Shown: positions 53,296 to 64,000 of the stretch, piece by piece | Position numbering within the stretch: position 1 is the first letter of the stretch | How the letters are laid out: the number at the start of each line of letters is the position of its first letter | Origin: the human T2T-CHM13v2.0 reference genome, Homo sapiens | NCBI RefSeq assembly: GCF_009914755.1 | Contig: NC_060934.1 | DNA: 64,000 bases | Strand: one strand, 5' to 3' | Program-made: the position numbers and the translations under genes | The notes under the pieces: model-generated | Told to the model about the DNA's origin: nothing | Databases searched by the model: none | Seen by the model: the letters and a program-made list of their open reading frames with translations, nothing else

Positions 53296-56200
53296 TCACT
53301 ATTCGACTGGCCAGCCCACAAGGCCCATCGTTGTCCCTGCCTCACTGTGAAGCCCACTCTGACCCTATTTCTCTCCCTGTTCATACATGAGATATGACCA
53401 ACACACTTGCAAGACACTTCCAGGTGTCTCTTGGTGTCACCACTGAGTTCAGAGGTCACAAAGCTCAAAGCCTATATGTGGTGCCACTTCTCAAAATTCC
53501 AGTGAACGCAGAGAATGAGAAAGTTATACCCCTCAAAAATATGCCGTGATGTGTAGTATTCTCATAGTAAAAATTTCCAAGATCTCAGCATATTTAAGTA
53601 TACTGAATATTTCCTAGGGTGGTTCCTCATTTTGTTTATAGGAAAGAATATTTCATTGGTAATGGTACAACTCTATTCTTACACAATATCCATTGGGGTT
53701 TTCATTTCCTTTATTTGCTGAATAATTTTTCTTTATAAAGTATTCTGTTGAAAATGTAACAAGAAGTTCTACAGACTGAAAGGAAAATTCAGACTAGACG
53801 AGCAGAGTCAAATTAATAAGAAATCTTCCAAATTTTACCAAAGTATCAACCATAAAGAAAATATTATTGTAAAGCAAACCCGGTATTCAGCTTAAATACA
53901 CCTGTCCAGCTCCCTTACAAACTGAAGAAATGAAGATTAGTGTCATCATTTCACATATTGAAATGATTTATTGGATCAAAAACACAAAAATTGGTGCTTT
54001 GAAATAAATAGATTGCATAAATTTTAAAAAATTGAGTGAATGAATGAAGTCATACGCTTTTACCAAAGGGGAGAGATTACTGGTATATAAAAGATATACA
54101 TAATACTTACATATGCACATTTATAAAAATATATACATTAAATCATATTAGTTTATATACATTATATATGCTTATTTTATATGCATTTATATATAAAATG
54201 TGTGTGTACACATGTGTGCATTAGGTGAATACACACACATACATACACATATAACCCTAACAAATTATATATGGCTGTTGTCTTTCGGGAAATTGTACAA
54301 CTTCACTGTGACAGACAATTGCAAAGTGAAAGGCTGAAGTTTCTCCAGCTCTAGTTCAACAGTATAGCTGTCTACACATCGTCCCTCCAATGCTTCCAAT
54401 CTACAATGCAAGACCCTACACAGTACCACCCTTAGATCCAGGCCTATGACCTACCCTGCACACCTCAGGTTACCTGCACTTTGGATGTCTTGTGCAAATT
54501 TTTCCAAGTCTTCCTCAGGTGTCTGGGATCAGGCACCCCATCCCACACTGGGACTTGCATGAGCTCTGGCCCCCATTTCTCCTTTTCAGGATACTCTCCA
54601 ACCCTCTGCCCCATTGTGGGGTTGACCACATACCCCAAGGAACCTCTCTGTGGTTATCCAGGCCTGTGATTAGGCCCTGTTCCAGGAGAGTGGCCTGGTA
54701 AACAGGTCACCCCTATGGACAAGTGTGGTGTTTATTTTGCAGGATCTCATAATGTTGTGCCAGAGTGGCAATGACATACTGATTTGGGGTGATTCACTCA
54801 TGTTGGACACAGGATTATTCAGGGTTCTGCATTCACTGCCCATCCTGGACTTGAGTCTGGCTTTTGTGGACCTATCAGTGTTTCCACGGTGGTGCTGCCT
54901 CCGGTCTACAGAACCCCAGGCTGGTAGGGCAGTAGCAGGTGTCCTTCATCCTATGCCACTCCCACCCTAACTTCTGGCTCCACCCTTACAGGCTCCTTGC
55001 CACATGCCAGATGGTCAGGGGTGGCCTCACCCATCTCTGAGTTTTTTGGAGACTGTTGCTCCACAATGCAAGTGGCCATGGATCTTTACAATAGACGTTC
55101 CCTCATCTTATCAATGTGGACCTTGCATTTTCCCACATTGATCTTTTTGTGGGAATGAAACTACTCTTCTCACTAGGCCCATGGAAGGAGAACCCTAGGA
55201 ATGCAATGAGTATAGCCCAAGGCATTCAAGAAAAGACACACTTGAAAGGCATGTTATTCTACATTTATACTATAAAGATGCAAATAATAAATTTAACATG
55301 ACCAAAAAGTGAGTTATTGTTCCCATTTTTTTACATACTCTGAGTAAGGCTTGCATTTGTGATAATCATGTAAGAAGCATAGTAACAATCCTAGAGAGAG
55401 TCACTGGAGGCCAGTATTTACAGTGTGCACAAGGGAGGATGAGGTGCCATAAGTAATGGTATGACCAGCACTACATAAATGGTTATTAGGGATGTAAAGA
55501 GGCAAGAAAGTCTATCCATATTGCTCCCATACAAACAGGCTCCAAAGAGCTGTATGGGTATTATAATACTCTCACAGGCTCTGTGAGTATTATAACATAC
55601 TTCTCACCTTTTTCCCATGGTGGGAGATTTGAAGTTAGCCAGAAATGGTGTATTTGACAACAAAGAACACAGAGAAGTGGTTTCTGAACCTGAATAGGAA
55701 GCAATGGTGCCTGGACACCATGAAGAATCTTTACATGCACTGACTGGACAATAAACAAATATGTAAGTATCACTTCTTCATCCATTATCCTAAATCTTCA
55801 TTAATAAATGACTATACCTCACATGGGTCCTTGAATTTTATGTGCTTTAATCCAGTAGTTTATATAGATTGGGGTCCTGCAAAAAAAAAGAAAAAGAAAA
55901 AGAAAAAGAAATTTCCAGGCCCTGTAAGTCTAGAGGTGGCCCTGATCCCATATGAGTTAGAAAAATCATCCTGAGACCCAGAGATACCAAATGAACAATG
56001 ACTTTCACAAGTACTTTTTGAGTGCAGCAAGTTCTCTGAACATTTCCCAGGCTGTGATGAATATCATTATTGGATTTACTTGACGGTACTTTGTAGTAAT
56101 CCAATGGAACATCTTCCAGTGGAATTTTTGGGACATACATTGACTTATTAAAATCAAAGTAGATCTTAAGAGGTCAATAAAACCAACTCCCTTGCCCCAT

Positions 56201-58974
56201 GTAACTGATATTTCCCCATTTTCTCCATTTTTACCTCCTGTTTGTGATCCACTAAAGTGAAAAATTCTACAATTGTTTTAAATGTCAAATGGAAGTAATT
56301 TATATTTACAGATAATCTAGTATAGCACTAATCCAAGATGCTCACTAGAACTGGCCCAGCTGCTTCACCCAGCTGTCTCTCACCTTGAAGTAGTCAAAAA
56401 CCCACATAGACCAATGAAAATGTTTCCTGTTTTTCATAACCTCCTGAGAAGGAGACTGCATTGTCTCAATTACCCACTTTAATGTTTAGCAGTGTTTACA
56501 CTGCTTCTATAGGAGGCACTCATTCTCCATCTGATGAACCCATCTCTGAATTCATGGTCCATGTCTCTGGGTCCCTAACCACCCAATGACCCCATCCTGT
56601 TTATCCAGGCAAAGGAGAATTTTTTGAGGGACAACTAACTTTTCCATGAAGACCTGCCTTAAATCTTTCCGAATTTACCTGCCACTCTTATATATGGACT
56701 CAAATTACTTATTTCTTAAAACTAAAAAATTCATTCCCAGAGATATTGGTAATCTCTTCCCTAGAAGAATATTTAACCTCCTTTGACTAACTCTGTGTGG
56801 TAAGCTGTAAACATTAGTCCATTTTCTTTCTAGTTTTATTTGTTTTGGTTTTTATACTTCTTCCATTTTCTTTTTTTCCTATTTGAAATCAAGTACTCCT
56901 GATTTTAACTCATGTGAAAGAAACATATTATTCAGCCTCTTCTTTGTCAAGGGTTTGCTTGACAGTTTTCTCAATCCCTAAAAAGTAGAAAGGTCAATTT
57001 CTATCATGCCAGCTTGTAAGTGAGACTCTACTGTGGTAATACACCCCCATTGAGCCCTTCTTTCCACCCTCTAAAATTTCAAAAGAACATGTTTCCCCTC
57101 AGATCTCCTCTAGCAAATGCCTGATTGCTTTAGAGGCTTTGGGGCACATTTGACATCGAGATATGAGAAGTGAAAGCTCAAATGCAGTGATTCACATTTG
57201 TAGCAGTTATGAATTTTACATGTTAAAACAAAATGGAGCTCTTTTTAATTCACTGTAAATGAGCTTAAATTAGTTCACAAACTCATAGCGGAAAACTTAA
57301 GCTCGACAATCAAGGTAAACTTAGTCACTTCCGGTTTATGCCAGTCTCCTTGGGAGGGCATCACCAGTCATTTCAGAAGGCTCCCTTCTTTTTCTTTTTT
57401 CCTTATCCCCATGGGGAGATACAAGCTGCAGGAGGAGGCGTTTGAAACTTGCTGGCATCAGGCAATAGGCATCAGGCCAAGGTCATCAGTAGGTGTGATA
57501 CTCAAAAGGTGTAACAAGCAGTTGGAACAGACACTGACTGGTATACGGTGGGGTCTTCCTGATTAGTGCCAGCTGATGGCAACCCTGCCTCCATCCACAA
57601 TGGCTTCCAAAGGAGCATGTTCTTTGATCTTTGGGACCCTCACCAGGGCATCCAAGGCTGAACAATCTACTTCCTGCTCTGTTCTCAGGCTGCCGGTTTC
57701 AAAGATCACACAGTTGATTCCAGAAGCTTATAAGCTATTTGACATCTAAATAAGAGAAAGGAAAACTAGAATGCAACATGATTAACATTTATAGAAGTTA
57801 TGGATTTATGTGTTAAAAAATGATAAACCCAAAAGGCCACTCTAATACTCATCTCAGGGGAATGGGAGATGTTTGGCTCTCTGGCATCTCCTGGGACTGC
57901 AGGCCTGTTGGGTACTGCTTCAGGCTTTCTCTGACTAGACCTTCCTATTGCTGCTGCAGAGCCATGCTGGAATGGGAGACTTATCTACAATCATTGCTCC
58001 CTTTTCCTAAAGCTTCATCAGCAAGCAAGATACAAGGCAGCAAATGCATCCTATCCTATGCTATCATTAGGTTCCCCAAAGACTTGGCAGGAGGTGGATA
58101 GGCACAAAGCACTTTCTCTGGTTCCTCACCAGCCTCTGTCCTCAATTTCTTCTCCTGGCTGCCTTTTGCTTAAACCCGATCTCCCCATAGGCAGGAAAAT
58201 ACTCATGAGCCATTCCTTCCCAATCAGTGGTTTCCATGTGCCAAAAATTCCAGGGTCTTAAGCTTTTGGAGTTCAGGCTCTTGCACTAAAATTCTCAGCT
58301 TTCAAGAGTATTGTCTCTTTTAAGGCATTAAAAAATAAATTCAGAAACTCAATTGACTTTCTTATGAGTGATTTTAGCTTTCTCCTAAAGAAATAAATTC
58401 CACTGGCATAATGGGTGGAGGGTTGTAAAGAAGTAAGAAAATTGTGAAAAATAAAACAAACAGATATACAAAAAATCTCATTATCTCTAAACTGTATTGG
58501 TTGCATACATTTGGGGATAGTTTCTTTCAATATTTAAGACAGAGACCAGAGGCCCATAAAATAATTTATATTGATGAAAACCAGTCAATCCTTTTTGGCT
58601 GTTGTAATTAAAATGTACATATCAACAGTTAATAAATAAGATGTGATGAAGATATTTAAAATATAAAATGTCTTCATTTTAAAAATTCTACTCCATTTAA
58701 TATACACTTGTTATATGACCTCAAGTCAAAAGAAATTCAAGATAGCACAATTATCCTTCCCCTTTTTTTTTCCAAAGAAAATATTTCAAAAGACCACACT
58801 TCCCACATATGTGGCATCCTATTGTAAAGGCCTCCCATCTGTAGAAGGAAGGAGGTGACTTTAAGGACAGTTAAGATTTTCACACTGAATTTTAACAGCA
58901 AATGGCATTAGTCACCTCCCCCCTGGGATGCTGACAATTTGCTTCCTTGTTACACAGTTTAAAAGGAATACCTC

Positions 58975-59577
<603 letters not shown>

Positions 59578-59586
59578 AGAGAGAGA

Positions 59587-59912
59587 GATATATATATACA
59601 CACACACATTATATATATACATATATATAATGTATATATATTATATATGTTATATTATATAATATATTATTATATATTATAGTATATATTATTATATAAT
59701 ACATACATTTTAATCATATACAAGATATAAAAATACATCATTTATAATTTTGTATCTTTAATAAATAGAAATTTATATATAATCTATTGTATATATGATA
59801 TATTTTATATAAAAATTCATATACATAAGATATAAAAACATATCTTATATATGAGTACATATGTTATTTATTTTTTATATATATGTATGTGTGTGTGTAT
59901 ATATATATATAT
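59587..59912. repeat. AT-rich low-complexity/(TA)n tract
   Basis: Direct reading. Confidence 0.9.
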
Positions 59913-59948
59913 ATTCAGTTTCTGAGGGAATATGAAAAATTATGTTTA

Positions 59949-60226
59949 GGCCAGGCATGGTGGCCCACGCCTCTAATCCCAGCACTTTGGGAGGCCAAGG
60001 CAGTTGGATGGCCTGAGGTCAGGAGTTCAACAGCAGCCTGCCAACATGGTGAAACCTCATCTCTACTAAAAATACAAAAATTAGCCAGGTGTGGTGGCGC
60101 ACTCCTGTAGTCCCAGCTACTCAGGAGGCTGAGGCAGGAGAATCACTTGAACCTGTGAGGAGGAGGTTGTGCCACCACACTCCAGCCTGGGTGACAGAGT
60201 GAGACTCCGTCTTTAAAAAAAAAAAA
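59949..60226 (+). mobile_element. AluS SINE with right-arm deletion
   Basis: Two-arm Alu; ggaggttg joins directly to tgccacc, lacking the cagtgagccgagatc segment. Confidence 0.92.
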
Positions 60227-60364
60227 TGATGTATAGTCTCCTGGTAACAAAGGCATCAGCATCTCTATCAGTCTTATAGCCAGGTATATGCAACAGATCG
60301 TCCCAGAAGTAAGAGTGGAAACTGGACCCAAGGTGAGGAGGAGGAGGAGGAGGAGGAGGAAGGG

Positions 60365-60605
60365 CAGGCACTTATATTTGCACAGCATCTCAAAGAGTAA
60401 AATAAACTCTTCCTTTGATCTCATTTGACCCTGAAAACAACCTATGCAGTAAGTGAGGCAGACATTATCATCACCCTTATCTAATAGTTAATGAAACTGA
60501 TGCTCAGAAAGATTGTGTCCCATGCAAGTTCCCATAGCTAATAAGTGAAAAGCTAGGACAACTACAAATCCAGATACTCTGATTCCAAATTCCACACTCT
60601 TTTTG
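60365..60605 (-). mobile_element. MIR SINE
   Basis: aacaacctatgcagt...atgaaactgatgctcagaaagatt...ccatagctaataagtg. Confidence 0.7.
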
Positions 60606-60724
60606 TCAAAGCACAATAACATCTCCCATTAAATGAATATAGATTTGGGAGCTGTAACAATTCCCCTGTGAGAGTATTTCAATCTACCAAAAATTTGTCC
60701 GTTTTTACATATCTATTGAAGGCT

Positions 60725-61101
60725 ATGGCAGAGACTGCTACTACTCACTTACATGCATATTTCTCCTCTTCTAGGAATTTCTAGAAATGTCTCTGCTTTC
60801 CTAGGTAAGACAATATGACTGAGTTATGCACAATGAATTGTGGGCAGAAACGAGGCATGCCACTTTCACGCCTTGTTTCTATGATCACCATCAGCCATGA
60901 GCTTTCTGTAATCCCATCTTTCTCTAATCCAGATCTAGAGAAGCCAGTGGAGAACACTAAATGGAAAGGATAAGGGTCCCTGAGTAACTGCATGGGGTAG
61001 CAGTAGCCTGTGACATGAGTGAAAAATAAAACTTGAAGGTGAAAGCCTCCAACATGTGGGGGCTCTTTCCTACAGCACTAGTAATTTATCCTAACCAATA
61101 C
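60725..61101 (+). mobile_element. MLT1J-like solo LTR
   Basis: tggcagagactgcta, atgactgagtt...aatgaattgtgggcagaa, gggtccctgagtaactgcatgg, cctaaccaataca. Confidence 0.7.
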
Positions 61102-61265
61102 AAAGAGCAAAGAAAAGATCATATTTTAGCATGCAGGATGCAGTGACACCAATATTTTAAATGATAAAGAGAGGATGGAGGAAATTGTCTTCAGTTTTTA
61201 GTGTTCTCTTATATTTGACACGAAAAATCTTAATGATTGGTTCAGGAGAGGTCCAAGATGGCGAG

Positions 61266-61269
61266 TCTG

Positions 61270-61302
<33 letters not shown>

Positions 61303-61340
61303 TTCTCTCTCTCTCACACACACACACTGTCACACACACA
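61266..61340. repeat. (CT)n(CA)n compound microsatellite
   Basis: Direct reading. Confidence 0.93.
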
Positions 61341-61394
61341 GAGACAGACATTTTGCTTTGCTTTGTATCACATCAAATTGTTCTTGGATAAGGT

Positions 61395-62600
61395 GGAGTC
61401 AGGCTTTGAAAAGACATAAACATAATTTCAGGGGTCTTCTTGAAGAACACAAAATTACAAATAGAATTAGGCACAAAAGTAAGTATTTATTGGAAACTAC
61501 AAAATAAATCACAACAAATTACAAATTTTAAATACCACAAATGTAACCAAATCCAAAAAGAGAACTTAATATTTTTCATTAATAAACTGCCTAAGTATAT
61601 AATATTTATTTTTACTTTTTTGGCTGTATACTCTTTTATCACCCCTTTCTATGACAATGATTTTATAATTTTATAATAGAGAGCACAAAGATAAATACCT
61701 TTCTTCCAACATATTTCATCAATATTGTTCTTATTATTGATGGTAATGTCATGTGTACTTTTAGGATTATTGCCAACTTTGGGAAAATCTCAGTCAAGTT
61801 TCTGCCATATAAGAGCTGTAATATTTGGAAACATTGTACACAGACTAGCTTTCAACTCTGTATATTTCAATCCTTGTTTCTCCTCTTCAATTTATGTACT
61901 TCCAGTGCTGGAGACCATCAGATACACCAATATTAAGACAGAACCTCTGCCCTAAATCCTTGTGTTGTGATGCCAAGTGAGTTGGCACAGTGGAAAATAG
62001 AAATGTTCCTGGAAGACATACTGATATGGTTTGGCTCTGTGCCCCCACCCAAATCTCATCTCAAATTGTAATCCTTATAATCCACATGTATCAAGGGCAG
62101 GATCTGGTGGGAGGTGATTGGATCATGGGGGTGGTTTCTCCCATGCTGTTTGCATGATAGTGAGTGAATTCTCATGAATCTGATGGTTTTATCAGGGGCT
62201 CTTCCCTGTTCGCTCATTTGTTCTCTCTTGCCTGCTACCATGACTGTAAGTTTCCTGAGGTCTCCCCAATCATGAGGAACAGAGAATCAATGAAACCTCT
62301 TTCCCTTATACATAGTACTTTATGGGAGTGTGAGAATGGATTAATACACATACTTATGCCAGGATAACTTGCAATAACATAGAAGTGACTGAAAGCCATA
62401 TAAATGTGTCCCTTTTAATCCATACAAGTCTATCCCCCATTGCACTTTCTCTAAGTCAGATCAAAACAACAAACAAATCTATGGCTGCCCCTGTAACACC
62501 TGACAGGAGGGGAATTATAACAAAGGAAAGTTAAAGAGAAAATAATGAACTTAATTGATTGCAGCAAAAATATCTAGAAATTTCCCTAGGATTGAATGTT
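61395..62600 (+). mobile_element. Zaphod-like hAT-Tip100 remnant interrupted by THE1 LTR
   Basis: aattaggcacaaaagtaagtatttatt...aaatcacaacaaattacaaatttt...ttttttggctgtatactctt...tatgacaatgatttt. Confidence 0.6.
62022..62348 (+). mobile_element. THE1D-like MaLR solo LTR
   Basis: tgatatggtttggctctgtgcccccacccaaatctcatctc...gaatggattaataca; 5-bp TSD catac at 62017-62021 and 62349-62353. Confidence 0.92.
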
Positions 62601-63207
62601 TTAATAAAGTTTAGGCTGATGTCCAAAGCTAGCATGGTCCATGGCTTTTGGGGTTAAATGCTCCACTCCTAAATTGCAAACTTCATTCAGGAAATTATAA
62701 ATTGGCTTCATGACCATTTTTGATGAAAACTAAACTTTTTTTAATGTTTTCATCAGATACAATATAATAAAATCTCTTTTGGAAATGGGTCCAATCATTT
62801 TCCCAGGTATCTCTCTCTCTCATTGTAACATAGACAGTCTAGAAAATAGCAGTTATATTGAATTTTGTGATCATCCCCAGAAGCTAAGACTGTGCACCAA
62901 GGTGCCTAAGGTACATTGTCTATTGGCACCTACAAGTTTCAAAGCAGGCACATTAGCTAAATTATGAAACGCTGGATTTTTAAACTACTTAAGAGTATTG
63001 TGAAATGGAAGAAGAGTTGAGATTATCCAGGTAGGTTAGAAACTGGGTGGAATTAATCTGGGAGAGCTCCTTAGGGGAGATGTGTAATTTGGGGCACTAT
63101 AGGACAGTGGTTAAGCTCCATGGAGGCAGGGACTTTGTTTTGTTCATTGCCATCTTCAGTGCCCACAATACTGCTCAGTATACACCAAGTGCTCAACTTT
63201 GGCTTGG

Positions 63208-63530
63208 ATGGAAGGAAGGAAGGAAGGAAGGAAGGGAGACAGGAAGAAGGGAAGCAGGAGAGAAGGAAGGAGGGAGGAGGGGAAGAAAGGAAGAATGGAA
63301 GTATGGAAGAAAGGAGAGAAGGAAGGAGGAAAATAGGGAAGGAAGGGAGGGAGGAAGCGAGAGAGGAGAGAAGGAGGGAAAAGGGAGAAACAGAGGGAGG
63401 GAGAGAGAGGAAAGAAAAAGAAAGAGGAAGGGAGGAAGGAAGGGAGGGAGGGAGGGAGGGAATTGGTTGGATGGAAGAAGGATGGTTGGCAGGAAGGAGG
63501 AAAGGAGGAAGAAAGGGAGGAGGGAAGGCA
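63208..63530 (+). repeat. Degenerate GA-rich (GGAA/GGGA) low-complexity tract following an L2 3' end
   Basis: Direct reading; preceded by L2 tail motif ctccatggaggcagggactttgttttgttcattgc. Confidence 0.9.
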
Positions 63531-63539
63531 GGCCTTTGC

Positions 63540-63685
63540 ACTAGGTAAGTGTGTTTCAGGTTCCTCACCTGTAAAATAAGGATAAAAATAGTCCCTCCCT
63601 CATAAAGTTGCAGTGATGATTAAATGAACTAATATACAAATAATTTATAAGAAGGTCTGGTACTCAATGACTTAGTTATTACAAT
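63540..63685 (+). mobile_element. MIR SINE
   Basis: tcaggttcctcacctgtaaaataaggataaaaatagt...gattaaatgaactaata. Confidence 0.8.
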
Positions 63686-64000
63686 GAATATTTGCCCTTC
63701 ACTTAGTTCCATGGGGCTGTCATTCATAGCATCCAACAAGAGAGGATATTGTTACTGATTGGCACAGAGAGAAGGAAGCTGAATTAAGAATAATAGGAAG
63801 TCTGCCAAGGGGCCTGAAATCTCTATTCTGAAAATTCGTGAGAATTGGAAGATCTGGGATTTGATCTGCAGGCTGGAATGAAAAGAAGAGGGTGCCCTGC
63901 AATGTGGCAGGAAGACCCATCTCAAGCCCCAACTGGGTAAACGCAATCAATAACATCCTGTCAGGAACTTTTTGTGGTCTCATGTAAATTTAGGCTACCT

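Noticed and set aside
53480-54060. Possible DNA-transposase remnant
   Set aside because: AT-rich with no convincing peptide motif by eye; needs a Dfam or tBLASTn search
63720-63983. 87-aa minus-strand ORF with an internal acceptor (ctcttcttttcattccag)
   Set aside because: No recognisable homology and no matching donor identified; context is cut off by the window edge

Overview
Primate, almost certainly human, genomic DNA: it holds a full-length AluYa5 with all five diagnostic bases. The window looks intergenic or deep-intronic. I recognise no host protein-coding gene, tRNA, rRNA or CRISPR array. The longest ORFs come from LINE-1 ORF2 fragments, Alus, LTRs or microsatellites. A large share of the window is transposon-derived: Alu (J, S, Y, Ya5, FRAM), L1 (PA, MB, MC, ME, HAL1), L2, MIR, MaLR/ERVL solo LTRs and hAT/Tigger DNA transposons. 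Subfamily names come from recalled consensus sequences, not a RepeatMasker run, and boundaries of old elements are approximate. The most unusual signal is a set of insertions at 29-47 kb that do not look like transposition products. (1) A ~61-bp patchwork built from three copies (one inverted, two direct) of a 29-bp donor 1.7 kb away. (2) A ~145-bp inverted duplication inserted into a MER91. (3) A 41-bp direct duplication 633 bp from its twin. (4) A ~112-bp G-rich GC-box/CCAAT fragment captured inside an Alu monomer. Also notable are a multi-layer L2>L1>L1>L1/Alu nest with a ~26-bp twin-priming inversion, and an Alu whose tail became a 272-bp pure-purine GAAA/GGAA tract. I cannot support a new gene system here; the best candidates for novelty are these repair/insertion scars.
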